A stretch of DNA of 64,000 bases from IMG/VR virus record IMGVR_UViG_3300014962_000005; one strand, 5' to 3'. Source of the stretch: an uncultured virus (IMG/VR IMGVR_UViG_3300014962_000005) (taxonomy: Duplodnaviria; Heunggongvirae; Uroviricota; Caudoviricetes). Positions 1 through 8,578 of this stretch are shown here, piece by piece. The position numbers were made by a program, and so were the translations under genes. The notes under the pieces were generated by a model that was not told where the DNA came from, did no database searches, and saw only the letters and a program-made list of their open reading frames with translations. The stretch's first letter is position 1, and each line of letters begins with the position of its first letter.

Positions 1-405
1 GTTGATGTCGAGCGGGGTGTTGATGGGGACGCGGTAAGTATATCTATGCGTCTTACCCCACCATCCGGTTTCATCCCAATCGCGCAAAAACCATTTATGG
101 ATGTGCTTTTTCTCTCGACCGCGCCACCAAATCTCCACCGTCGCCAGCAGCCGGAACCCTTCGCCGACCTGCTCGCGGGTTAGGTGGTCGGGATTGTGCG
201 GAGTGTAGCCGGCAGGCAGGCCAAAGTTGTCGTTCGGGTATGTGCCGCGCTTGGACTTGACGATGCGGCATTCAAGTTTGACAACGCTTTCATGCGGCAT
301 TTTGGCCTCTCTGAGACGTTCACGTGATTGTCCGGGATACCCAACCCACGTGATTTCACCGCTCGTCTTGTCCTGATGCGCCCAAAGGTAAAAGGTGTCC
401 TTCAT
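1..405 (-). CDS. hypothetical phage protein (runs off the window edge)
   Basis: ATG at 403-405 overlaps the stop of the upstream gene (ATGA); frame open to base 1 (MKDTFYLWAHQDK...RVPINTPLDIN); not in the ORF track. Confidence 0.7.
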   Translation of the reverse strand, partial: MKDTFYLWAHQDKTSGEITWVGYPGQSRERLREAKMPHESVVKLECRIVKSKRGTYPNDNFGLPAGYTPHNPDHLTREQVGEGFRLLATVEIWWRGREKKHIHKWFLRDWDETGWWGKTHRYTYRVPINTPLDIN

Positions 406-674
406 GGTGCGCCTCCCTTCATCTGGCGGGTGAGGGCGTTGGCGTCGTGAACGGCGTTGGATATGCAGGCAACGCGGTCTTGGTCGTAATAAGACGGCAT
501 CGCAGCCTGCGCAGCATCCCAGCGCCGGGCCTCGGCGATCATCTCGTCCAGCCACGTGTTGCCGGACATGGGGACGCGCAGGTGGATGGCGGCGTGCTCG
601 CGGGTGGTGAGACCGGGTGCGGCATGAAATGGCCCTGGAAAGGCCGGGTCGTTTTCGTTGGTGTGTGTGCTCAT
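402..674 (-). CDS. hypothetical phage protein (PAFP...GLTTRE type)
   Basis: ORF track; CACCACC-ATG start; paralogue at 63528-63695. Confidence 0.75.
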   Translation of the reverse strand: MSTHTNENDPAFPGPFHAAPGLTTREHAAIHLRVPMSGNTWLDEMIAEARRWDAAQAAMPSYYDQDRVACISNAVHDANALTRQMKGGAP

Positions 675-681
675 GGTGGTG

Positions 682-897
682 TCAGTTCTGATGGTGCTTG
701 ATGATGATTTTCTGGATGTATTGCCGCAGGACTCGGGCTTCCTTCTCGGCTTGCTGGCCCTTGAGCCAGGAGGCTCGGGCGGTGGGCGTTGACGGGTCGA
801 TGTCCTTGCGGGCGGTGTGCTCCAACTCTAGGCGGCTGGCTTGGAAGTCAAGCTGGTCGATGAGTTTTTGTGCGTTGGGTGGCAGTTGTAGGGTCAT
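682..897 (-). CDS. hypothetical protein
   Basis: ORF in the tightly packed leftward array. Confidence 0.65.
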   Translation of the reverse strand: MTLQLPPNAQKLIDQLDFQASRLELEHTARKDIDPSTPTARASWLKGQQAEKEARVLRQYIQKIIIKHHQN

Positions 898-924
898 GGG
901 GAGATGTGGATGTGGGGGTGGGTC

Positions 925-1203
925 TCAGGCTCCGGTGGGTTTGCGTTTGGCTTTGCAGCAGGCACAGCGGCGCTGGCCTGGCTCGGTGGGATTCTTGCCG
1001 CAGATGACGCACAGGCCAGCGGCGACGAGGCGGTCGTACCGCTCCTTGTTGGCGGCGTAGCGGGCTTCTTTGGGGCAGGCTGCGCCTGGTCGCCGGCCAC
1101 GCTTGGCCGGAGGGAGACCGACGAGGGCGCGGATAGTGTTGAGGCGTTGCCAGACGGGCGCGGTGGCGTCGATGGCGTTGCGGATCTGTTGGGCGAGGGT
1201 CAT
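925..1203 (-). CDS. hypothetical protein with C-terminal CxxC...CxxC zinc-finger-like motif
   Basis: GLCVICGK...RRCACC; start overlaps the upstream stop. Confidence 0.65.
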   Translation of the reverse strand: MTLAQQIRNAIDATAPVWQRLNTIRALVGLPPAKRGRRPGAACPKEARYAANKERYDRLVAAGLCVICGKNPTEPGQRRCACCKAKRKPTGA

Positions 1204-1481
1204 GGGAGGAGTGGGGTGATGGCGACGCCGCTTGAGGTGCGAGCGACGAGGTAGGTCTTACCGGTCTGGGTGTCGGTGATGGTGTAGATGTCGAAGGCCA
1301 TGCCCCAGCTATCCTTGGACATGGTGAAGCGTTGCGGGGAAGCTTTGGTTTCAGCCTTCATTTCAGCTTGAATTTCGCGGCCTTTGGCGGCTACGAAGTC
1401 GCAGAGCCACCATAGCCCCGCCACGCAGAGTAGGACGGCGGCGGTGAACGCTGACCGTAGTTTTTTGTCGTCGGTGCTCAT
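1200..1481 (-). CDS. small membrane-anchored protein
   Basis: hydrophobic AFTAAVLLCVAGLWWL; start moved to the ATG at 1481 that follows the intergenic motif. Confidence 0.65.
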   Translation of the reverse strand: MSTDDKKLRSAFTAAVLLCVAGLWWLCDFVAAKGREIQAEMKAETKASPQRFTMSKDSWGMAFDIYTITDTQTGKTYLVARTSSGVAITPLLP

Positions 1482-1494
1482 AGTGGTATCAGGC

Positions 1495-1743
1495 TCAGGC
1501 AAAGAAGTGAACGGCAGCCCAGCAGGCTCCGAGGGTGGCGGCGGCGATGAGGACGCTGGCGAGGTGGTCCCGCTGCATCTGCTTCACCGGGCCGAGGTCG
1601 TAGCAGGCTGGCAGCATCTCGGCAGTGGCGGCTCGCTGGCTCCAGCGGTGACGGAACCGCTCGGTGTTGTCGGTCTCCCGGTCGCAGGGCGCTGCGGTGC
1701 GTGGGAGGATGGCTTGGCGGGGTGGCAGGGTGTGCGTGTGCAT
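1495..1743 (-). CDS. hypothetical protein with C-terminal TM segment
   Basis: ORF track; hydrophobic C-terminus. Confidence 0.55.
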   Translation of the reverse strand: MHTHTLPPRQAILPRTAAPCDRETDNTERFRHRWSQRAATAEMLPACYDLGPVKQMQRDHLASVLIAAATLGACWAAVHFFA

Positions 1744-1757
1744 GGGTGGGTGTGGGG

Positions 1758-1934
1758 TTAGGTGTTCTGGTTGCGGTAGGGTGCGGGCTTACTCGGGGTC
1801 GGCTGGGCCTTCAGCTTCTCGCTGATGGCGCGGCGGACGTACTCGGCCATGGGGAGGCCGGCCTTGCTGGCTCCGCGCTTCAAGGCCGTGTGAAGGCTGC
1901 GCGGGGCGTCGATGGTGATGCGGGCGGTGGGCAT
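1758..1934 (-). CDS. ribbon-helix-helix DNA-binding protein
   Basis: ARITIDAPRSLHTALKRGASKAGLPMAEYVRRAISEKL fits the RHH beta-alpha-alpha pattern. Confidence 0.7.
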   Translation of the reverse strand: MPTARITIDAPRSLHTALKRGASKAGLPMAEYVRRAISEKLKAQPTPSKPAPYRNQNT

Positions 1935-1947
1935 GGTGGTGTCTGGC

Positions 1948-2175
1948 TCAGTCGTTGTTGGTGGTGTCGGCATCGGTGAGGCGCTGCTCCAGGCTGGCCC
2001 GGAGGGCCGGGTGGCGCAGAGCTTCGGTGACAAGGAGGGATTTCAAGAAGCCCAGCTTGAAGTGCGGGAGGTCTTCGGGCGCGGTGATGCCGCTGGCTCG
2101 GGCTTCGGCGGCCATGAGGGTGTCCAAGGTGGCGGAGACGGCGCGGCGCTCGGGGTGTGGGGCGTTGTGGGTCAT
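1948..2175 (-). CDS. hypothetical protein
   Basis: ORF in the leftward array. Confidence 0.6.
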   Translation of the reverse strand: MTHNAPHPERRAVSATLDTLMAAEARASGITAPEDLPHFKLGFLKSLLVTEALRHPALRASLEQRLTDADTTNND

Positions 2176-2205
2176 GGGGTGGGGTGGTGTTGGGGGTGTC
2201 TGGCT

Positions 2206-2424
2206 TCAACGGCGTTCCATGTCAAGCACATGCTCGGCGGTCTCGATCTCGCACCGTGGCACGCGCTCGTCGGCATCGTCGGCGATGGCGTAGGTGACGT
2301 ACGATCCGGGGCCGTTTCTGCGTCGGACGGCTGCGGCGTGCCGGCGCCCGGCACGGACAGCGGCGACGATGGAACGGTGACGGGAGATGGGGCGATTGTT
2401 GAAGGTATCGTGTAGGGTGTACAT
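2206..2424 (-). CDS. hypothetical phage protein
   Basis: MYTLHDTFNNRPISRHRS...; start taken at the ATG at 2424. Confidence 0.65.
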   Translation of the reverse strand: MYTLHDTFNNRPISRHRSIVAAVRAGRRHAAAVRRRNGPGSYVTYAIADDADERVPRCEIETAEHVLDMERR

Positions 2425-2485
2425 GGCGAGGTGTGGGTGTAGGGTGTGCTTTGTGGTTCGATTCTGGTCTCTGGCTCCGATTGTG

Positions 2486-2623
2486 TCAAACTTCAATTCC
2501 AAAGAATTTCAGCACGGCAGGAACGACGGAGCCGAGGAAGAACAGGGTGCCGAGGGCGATCCAGGGGAGGAGGGTCGCGGCCTTGTCTTCGGGTGTCAGT
2601 GGGGGGAGGTTATCTGGAGGCAT
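2486..2623 (-). CDS. small membrane protein
   Basis: MPPDNLPP...LLPWIALGTLFFLGSVVPAVLKFFGIEV. Confidence 0.55.
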   Translation of the reverse strand: MPPDNLPPLTPEDKAATLLPWIALGTLFFLGSVVPAVLKFFGIEV

Positions 2624-2627
2624 GGTG

Positions 2628-2888
2628 TTAGGCTTCAAGTTCAAACTCGCGGAAGTCGTCCAGGAGGTAGCGAAGGCAGGCTTCGGGGCTGCTCTCGTCA
2701 AGGTCATGGTCGGCGGCGTTGGCTTTGCCGGCTGCCTCCCTCATCCAGTCGGCGAGGGTGCGAACTTCGGCGTTGAGCCATTTTCCGTGGCTCGGGCTTC
2801 GGCGGTGCATCGTGATCTCTCGACCCATCGGCAGGGCGGCGGCATCGCGGATGCTGTAGACGCTCAGGGTGTCGGCGTGGGTGCTCAT
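2628..2888 (-). CDS. hypothetical protein
   Basis: ORF in the leftward array. Confidence 0.6.
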   Translation of the reverse strand: MSTHADTLSVYSIRDAAALPMGREITMHRRSPSHGKWLNAEVRTLADWMREAAGKANAADHDLDESSPEACLRYLLDDFREFELEA

Positions 2889-2909
2889 GGGGTGCTGTGG
2901 TGGATGGTG

Positions 2910-3080
2910 TCAGGCCCAAGAGTACTCGTGACCCTCCAGCCAAAGGCCGGAGCCGTTGGGCCAGATGAAGAGGCGGAAGTCGGGGTTGTAGGCACAGGTG
3001 CCGGAGTCTTTGATTTCAACGCCTTCAGGGTATCCATAAGCGCCAATCTTGGCCAAGGCGGTTCTGCGGAGGGTGTACAT
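2910..3080 (-). CDS. hypothetical protein (56 aa)
   Basis: read manually: MYTLRRTALAKIGAYGYPEGVEIKDSG...GHEYSWA; below the ORF-track cutoff. Confidence 0.6.
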   Translation of the reverse strand: MYTLRRTALAKIGAYGYPEGVEIKDSGTCAYNPDFRLFIWPNGSGLWLEGHEYSWA

Positions 3081-3153
3081 ATGTTGTGGGTGGTCTCAGG
3101 CTCCAGCGGCGGGGCGCTGGCGCGGTGTGTGGGTGGTGTCGGTCGTGGTGACT

Positions 3154-3209
3154 CCCGCGACGGGCGCTTGGCCCGTTTCGGCCCTGGTCGGGGGCCATCA
3201 TCAGGCGGG
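3154..3209 (-). ncRNA. type I hammerhead self-cleaving ribozyme
   Basis: minus strand reads CCCGC-CUGAUGA-U-GGCCC(ccgacca)GGGCC-GAAA-CGGGC(caagc)GCCCG-UC-GCGGG: complete core, three perfect stems, GUC cleavage triplet; intergenic. Confidence 0.9.
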
Positions 3210-3217
3210 GGCGTGGG

Positions 3218-3772
3218 TCAGTTGATGCGGAAGGCGTAGAAGTCGCCGGCCAGCTCCAGCTCGTTCCCGTCGTAGCTGCTCAGGGCGTGGCCGCGTCCGT
3301 CGTGGCGGGCGTCGGCCTTCCATGCGTCGCGGTCGAAGTAGTATTTCGCGGTATCGGGCAGTTCCGGCAGAACGCACTCATCAAGGTACGAGTCGAGAGC
3401 CTGATCCCATGCCTCGTCCACCTCGGCATCGGTGCCGACGGCGTACTCCCTGCGGCCGATGCTATAGACGGTCAGGCCGTAGCAGTCGCCGCGCTCCTCG
3501 GTGAAGTCGGCGGGATCTTCGGCGAGGTAGTCGGCCAGGGCGAGCAGGGGCGCGTCAAACTCGGCGCGAATCTCGGCGACGTAAGCGGCGAAATCCTCAG
3601 CGGTGAACTCGTCGCCGCTCCAGTCCTGCGGGTTCTCGGCGGCGTGTTCCTGCCACTTGGCGAACTCCTCGGCGGGGTCGCTCATGGCGTTGATCTCGCC
3701 GGCGGTGTCCCAGTGTTCGGCGATGTTGTAGGAGGTGACGTTGGCGGGGGTGGTGTGTTCGTTGGTGTTCAT
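3218..3772 (-). CDS. acidic ArdA-like antirestriction / DNA-mimic candidate
   Basis: very Asp/Glu-rich; C-terminal YYFDRDAWKADARHDG...FYAFRIN resembles the ArdA C-terminus; second gene after the early promoter. Confidence 0.5.
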   Translation of the reverse strand: MNTNEHTTPANVTSYNIAEHWDTAGEINAMSDPAEEFAKWQEHAAENPQDWSGDEFTAEDFAAYVAEIRAEFDAPLLALADYLAEDPADFTEERGDCYGLTVYSIGRREYAVGTDAEVDEAWDQALDSYLDECVLPELPDTAKYYFDRDAWKADARHDGRGHALSSYDGNELELAGDFYAFRIN

Positions 3773-3831
3773 GGTATGCGGTGGGTGTGGTGTTTGGGCT
3801 TGTGGGTTGTCGGGGTGAAGGGTGGCGGAGG

Positions 3832-4257
3832 TCAGTCGATCTCAGCGGCAAGGAGACCGTCGCGACCCCAGTCGGTCGCCATGCCGGCCGGCACGTGCTC
3901 GGCGTGCAGCTTAAGCGCCATGCCGCGTGCGTCTCCGTTGACGAAGAAACCTTCAGGGATCACGCCACCGAACGCACGAGCAACGGCAGGCTTGATGTGG
4001 TCGCGCTTGATGGCGTCAAACGCATCGCAGCCGTTGGCGCGGAAGTCGTAGCGGGTGCCGGCCAGGGTGAAGGCGTCGCCGTTGCAGTAGGCCGTTGTGG
4101 CGGCGTGCGCGACGTGCTCCACCTTGCGCAGGGCGCGCCAGATTTGAGCACCGGTCTTTTTGTTGCGCGGGCCGGCCAGGGCTAGCAGGGCAGCATGATG
4201 AGCGGCGCGACGGTGCTCCCAGGTTTGCTTGATGGCGGTGGCGTTGTCGGTTTTCAT
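3832..4257 (-). CDS. conserved hypothetical phage early protein
   Basis: FFVNGDARGMALKL...TDWGRDGLLA; start at the ATG at 4257. Confidence 0.7.
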   Translation of the reverse strand: MKTDNATAIKQTWEHRRAAHHAALLALAGPRNKKTGAQIWRALRKVEHVAHAATTAYCNGDAFTLAGTRYDFRANGCDAFDAIKRDHIKPAVARAFGGVIPEGFFVNGDARGMALKLHAEHVPAGMATDWGRDGLLAAEID

Positions 4258-4308
4258 AGGATGTGTAGGCTTGTGGTTTGTGGTGTCGTCCAGTTCGGAC
4301 TTGTGATG

Positions 4309-4337
4309 AGTATGGACCACGCCGCGCAGGATGGCAA
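4309..4337 (-). promoter_or_regulatory. sigma70-like leftward early promoter
   Basis: TTGCCA-N17-CATACT with A/T tracts just upstream (UP-element-like). Confidence 0.6.
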
Positions 4338-4458
4338 ATAAAAAATAAACTTTTTTCTGTTTGCCTAGTGTCAGAGGGTCTTTTTCGATGTCGCGCTTTT
4401 GGTTATACGGTTGCCGGCGCGGCGTTCGACCAGTTCGCAAATGCGTTGCGGGGGTGCG

Positions 4459-4680
4459 GTGTAAAAAGTGGCTCAAGAGGTGGCTTTTTACACGACAAGT
4501 AGTGGCAAGAAGCCACTTTTTACACTGCCTTATTCCAGAATCGAATGAACATACTTCGATTACGAAGAAACTTTTTGCTCGTTGCCACAAGTTGAAGGTG
4601 TGGTGGCAGTGTAAAAAGTCAGCGTCTATGCCTAGTGGTTGCGAGGTTCTAGGGCTTTTTTGCTTCTTTGCTTTTTACAC
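4459..4680. repeat. five copies of GTGTAAAAAG in both orientations (iteron/operator-like)
   Basis: copies at 4459(+), 4484(-), 4516(-), 4609(+), 4671(-); 4459-4473 and 4511-4525 form a perfect 15-bp inverted pair. Confidence 0.85.
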
Positions 4681-4844
4681 TCTAACCCTCAGAGGAGAAA
4701 GTGAAGAGGAGAAATAGAGGTTAAAGTTTTAAAGGAGAAAGTTGGAAAAGGGTAAAGAGGGGGGGGGGCTTGAGCAAACAAGCCAAATTTGGGTTTTCTG
4801 CGTTTTCCGTTTGCCTTTTAATCCCGGCTGGGTTTCAGTGGGCC

Positions 4845-5219
4845 ATGGCTAAAACGTTAAACCCTTTATTGCGTCGGGTGTGCTTTCGTGCGCCGGCTGG
4901 ATTGCTCGGACTGTTCAAGGCGATGTGCTCTGAAGCTGGAGAATCTCCGGCGATGGGTCTAGAAAAAGCAGTGGCCTTTTGGCTGCGCTCCGGTGGTAGG
5001 CTGTCGGAGGCGTCCAAGTGGCCGAAAGCCGAACAGGCTTGGTTTGTGGCAAACCCGCTTGGGCGGTGCGCCTCCGACATCAAGAGAGCCGCGGCAGCCT
5101 TGGAAGTTGAAGCGCGGGACGTGGCCCTTGGTGCGCTTGTGCTTTGGGTGAAAAGCGGCGGCGATGGGGGGCGGGCGTGGGCTGACCTCTATGACCTTGG
5201 CGAGGGGGTGCGCCGATGA
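4845..5219 (+). CDS. putative DNA-binding protein (RHH-like)
   Basis: RRVCFRAPAGLLGLFKAMC...LEKAVAFWL; stop overlaps the next start. Confidence 0.45.
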   Translation: MAKTLNPLLRRVCFRAPAGLLGLFKAMCSEAGESPAMGLEKAVAFWLRSGGRLSEASKWPKAEQAWFVANPLGRCASDIKRAAAALEVEARDVALGALVLWVKSGGDGGRAWADLYDLGEGVRR

Positions 5220-5548
5220 ACGCGGGTCATCGTGGAAGAGGCCGGCCAGCTCGGGAAACTGAGGTCATCGCCGTACTTGTGAAGTTCGAAGCCCCGCTGG
5301 CGGAGAGGCTCCGGCGCTTTGTGGTGCGGACAGGCATCAAGCAGCGGGAAATCCTGCACCAGGCTTTGGAGGATTGGTTACGTCGGCAGCATTACCCGAA
5401 AGGCGACCCGGACGCAGGCGGGCCACCGCGCCGGGAATTTCGCAGGCTTCAGGCGCCTGGCGCATCGTCTCCGCCACCCGTCACCCCGCCAGCAGGCACA
5501 AGCGGCGAAAATCCCGCGTCGCAGGCTCCGCCCGTGGATCTACTCTAG
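5216..5548 (+). CDS. ribbon-helix-helix protein
   Basis: GRP motif then VLVKFEAPLAERLRRFVVRTGIKQREILHQALEDWL. Confidence 0.65.
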   Translation: MNAGHRGRGRPARETEVIAVLVKFEAPLAERLRRFVVRTGIKQREILHQALEDWLRRQHYPKGDPDAGGPPRREFRRLQAPGASSPPPVTPPAGTSGENPASQAPPVDLL

Positions 5549-5593
5549 GTTGCGGGCTCCGGCGTGAATTTGGCCCGTTTCTGTGCAAAAGAG

Positions 5594-5631
5594 AACCCCC
5601 GCGCCAGTGGTGAGCCGGCGCGGGGGTTTTT
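5594..5631. terminator. probable bidirectional intrinsic terminator
   Basis: AACCCCCGCGCC-N11-GGCGCGGGGGTT with a T tract, between convergent genes. Confidence 0.75.
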
Positions 5632-5657
5632 GTGTGGTGTGGGGTTGATGGCTCAAT

Positions 5658-5876
5658 TCACAGCTTGAACTGACGCAGCGTCTCCAGCTCACTACGCCAA
5701 ATGTCGATGGCACCACGGAAAGCCGCGTGCCGGGCTTCCCTGAGTTTGCGGTCCCTCCGCGCGGAGGGCTTGAACTTGCGGCGGATCAGTCGGACAATCA
5801 AACGCGGGTTAAGTGCGCGGATCGGGTAGCCGGAGGTTGCGCGTTGATAGGTGCCGTATGCGATATAGTTTTTCAT
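5658..5876 (-). CDS. hypothetical basic protein
   Basis: ORF track. Confidence 0.55.
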   Translation of the reverse strand: MKNYIAYGTYQRATSGYPIRALNPRLIVRLIRRKFKPSARRDRKLREARHAAFRGAIDIWRSELETLRQFKL

Positions 5877-6047
5877 GATGTTTTAGTTTTCTTGATTGTT
5901 AAGCTAGGAATATGATAATGAGCAGGCCAGCGCCGATGGCGACGCTTGCAAGGAAATCAAGGCAGGCTTGGCGGAGAGCTTGACCTTGCTGGAATGCTTC
6001 TTTTTCGCGGCGCGTCATGGGGTCGAAAAGGTGAAAGGTTGAAGTGG

Positions 6048-6362
6048 TCAAATCAAGCCAGCGGCGCGCAGGGCTTTTGCCCAATACTTGCCAGCGCGGG
6101 CCGGGTTCTTGCGGCTGAAGTGCAAAGATTCCTCGCGATCTGTACCCGTGGCGTAATCGACAGTTTCCATGTAGGTGCTCGCCCAGTCATGCGTTGAACC
6201 GTCGGACGGACAAGAGGACATGCACGAGAAATTGCGCAGTTCCTCAACAAGCTCCCGGAAGGTAAAAGGCTCATCCTGGAAAACAAACCCGCTGTCGGAA
6301 TGTTCGCCATTCTCCGCGCTTTCCGGGGTCACTTCGCTGTACGTTTTAGAGATAAGGAGCAT
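6048..6362 (-). CDS. conserved hypothetical phage protein
   Basis: TYSEVTPESAENGEHSDSGF motif; start at 6362. Confidence 0.65.
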   Translation of the reverse strand: MLLISKTYSEVTPESAENGEHSDSGFVFQDEPFTFRELVEELRNFSCMSSCPSDGSTHDWASTYMETVDYATGTDREESLHFSRKNPARAGKYWAKALRAAGLI

Positions 6363-6419
6363 AGGCTTGTGGGGTGTAGGGTGTAAAGCCCGCGCTTGAT
6401 TTGTTGGCGAGCATGACGG

Positions 6420-6448
6420 ACAATGGATCACGACTGAGATAATGTCAA
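6420..6448 (-). promoter_or_regulatory. sigma70-like leftward promoter
   Basis: TTGACA-N17-CATTGT. Confidence 0.55.
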
Positions 6449-6484
6449 ACAGAAAAACGAACAAAAAGAAACTTTTATTTTTCC

Positions 6485-7027
6485 ATGCCTGCCGCCAAGC
6501 ATAACGTGCTCCCTGTAGACTGGTCGGAAATCCGGCGCGCCTGTGAAGCCGGCCTAGGACTGTCAGAGGCCGCGCGCAAATGGGGGATTGACTCCGCTGC
6601 CGTCAGGATGCGCGCTATGCGCGAAAAATGGATTCACCCCGCCAAGGTGGCCAAACTGGCGGAGAAGTTCAAAGAACAAAAGCAGGCCGCGTTACCCGTC
6701 GTTACCTCTCCTCAGCAAAGCGCGCCCCTCACTGCCGCAACGGCCGTAACAGAGTCAATTGCAGAAATGGGCGCACAGCTACAGACAACCGTCCTATCTA
6801 AGACGCTCGCCGCCCTCCGCAAAGCTGACCTAGCTTCCCTGCCGATCAGCTCTTGGCAGGACGCAAAGCTAGCCACTGAGGTTGGATTGAAAGTCGCCGG
6901 CCTGGAGTCTAGCCAAGGGCCTGCCGTTAGTCTAGTGTTCACGGGAACAGGTGATTTGCCCCCGCTTGTTGAGATTGACGCCGTTTCTCGGCCTATTGAG
7001 ACTAGAAAAGAGCAAGATTTACTGTGA
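6485..7027 (+). CDS. putative terminase small subunit (N-terminal HTH)
   Basis: DWSEIRRACEAGLGLSEAARKWGIDSAAVRMRAMREKW is typical of TerS HTH N-termini. Confidence 0.6.
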   Translation: MPAAKHNVLPVDWSEIRRACEAGLGLSEAARKWGIDSAAVRMRAMREKWIHPAKVAKLAEKFKEQKQAALPVVTSPQQSAPLTAATAVTESIAEMGAQLQTTVLSKTLAALRKADLASLPISSWQDAKLATEVGLKVAGLESSQGPAVSLVFTGTGDLPPLVEIDAVSRPIETRKEQDLL

Positions 7028-7361
7028 TGAAAGTAACAAAGCCAATCAATTCACTGGAAATCAATAGATTACGAGGTACTTAATACCTGCTAACCAACTG
7101 CCCCGATTGTACGCATTACAGAGAAAGGTACAAGTTATTGAATTTCCATAACTGCCGCGCCACTCGCGCCCCGACTCACAAACGGCAGGCCCCCGCCCCG
7201 ATCCCCCGCGCCACTGGCGCCGCTCCATCCGCGCGCCACTGCACCAGGGCCTAGGCCGGCCCCCATACGGGGCGGGTAGGGTGCCGGGGGGCCGGAGGTG
7301 GTGCGGCCATAGCGTAGATAGGGGGCCACGAAAATTTTCCTGTACTTTTCAGTTTTTACAT

Positions 7362-7390
7362 TTGACAACCAAGACGCCCGCATCCAGACT
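7362..7390 (+). promoter_or_regulatory. sigma70-like promoter of the rightward arm
   Basis: TTGACA-N17-CAGACT after a T-rich stretch. Confidence 0.55.
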
Positions 7391-7402
7391 CTCCACAAGC
7401 AC

Positions 7403-7915
7403 ATGCCACAGCCACTCGCACCCAAAGGCGGCAACGATCGCATCTACACCCCACCACCCTTGGCCAAAGCCATCGTGGCTCACTACAAACCAGACGTGCT
7501 CGATAGCATCCTTGAACCCTGTGCAGGCCCCATCGGCAAGCAGGCGTTTGTCGATGCACTCATCGGCTACGACCTGTCATGGTTCGAGCTGGACGAGGGT
7601 TCGGACTTCCTCACCCACCCGTCCGCCGCTCACTACGACTGGACCATTACCAACCCTCCTTGGTCCAAGTTCCGCCCGTTCCTCAAGAAAGCCATGGAGG
7701 TCTCCGACAACGTGGTGTTCCTCTGCTTGGTCAACGCATTTTTCATGCGTGCCCGTCAAGAGGACATGCGCAAAGCCAGCTTCGGTATGAAGGAAATTCT
7801 GTTCGTCCCCACCCCACCGAAGCCGTGGCCCCAGACTGGGTTTAGCCTTGGAGCCGTCCACATCCAGCACGACTACCACGGCCCCGTCACTCTCTCACAC
7901 CTCAAAAGCTACTGA
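7403..7915 (+). CDS. DNA N6-adenine methyltransferase (small phage type)
   Basis: YTPPPLA, LEPCAG (motif I), TNPPW (motif IV). Confidence 0.8.
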   Translation: MPQPLAPKGGNDRIYTPPPLAKAIVAHYKPDVLDSILEPCAGPIGKQAFVDALIGYDLSWFELDEGSDFLTHPSAAHYDWTITNPPWSKFRPFLKKAMEVSDNVVFLCLVNAFFMRARQEDMRKASFGMKEILFVPTPPKPWPQTGFSLGAVHIQHDYHGPVTLSHLKSY

Positions 7916-8111
7916 CCCCATGACCCCACCCCGCATCCAACACATTCGCCTCGACTGGTCCGACGAAGACGAAGGCTACATCGCCTCCTGCGAGCACAAG
8001 AATCTCATCGCCATCGAAGGCTCGGCCAGAGTCGCGGTCGAAGAACTCCTGATCGCCGCAGACGGCTACTTCGAGACCCTCGACGCACCCCACAACGGAA
8101 ACTGACCCACC

Positions 8112-8315
8112 ATGCCCCGCCTCATCAACCTCATCGGCAAAAAGTTCGGACGCTGGACCGTCCTTGACCGCGACAAGACCCAACGCCCCTCGAAGCCGAC
8201 GTACTGGAGGTGCCAATGCACCTGCGGCACCATCGCCAACGTGAATGGAGCCCACCTACGCAACAAGAAGTCCCTGTCCTGCGGCTGCCTGCGCACCGAG
8301 ATGCACAAGAAGTAG
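8112..8315 (+). CDS. stand-alone N-terminal domain of an HNH/AP2-type homing endonuclease
   Basis: LIGKKFGRWTVL...YWRCQCTCG...SLSCGC with no nuclease domain. Confidence 0.6.
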   Translation: MPRLINLIGKKFGRWTVLDRDKTQRPSKPTYWRCQCTCGTIANVNGAHLRNKKSLSCGCLRTEMHKK

Positions 8316-8578
8316 CCCCAACCCACCCAATGAACGACACACCCCGCCTCACACTCTCTGCTACGCTCAGAGACCATGACAGCCCTTGCACTGTCAGAAC
8401 CTCCGTCACCCTCGACCCCGATGCCGACCTCGGCGAGACGGTCGCCGCCATGCGCCTCCTACTCATCTCGATGGGCTACCACCCCGACGTGGTCGATGAA
8501 GCCATCCCCGATCCGTTCGAGGGTGACGGCGAGGGCGACAACCCCGAAGACCCTCCAGCATTGGAGTCTCGTTGAACC

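Noticed and set aside
568..677. Repeat pair 568-677 / 63565-63698 as a DGR template/variable pair
   Set aside because: No reverse transcriptase in the window; differences include an indel block and are not adenine-specific
921..3104. Intergenic motif array as CRISPR or integron attC sites
   Set aside because: The motif is only 12 nt, degenerate and non-palindromic; spacing equals gene length; no integrase was found
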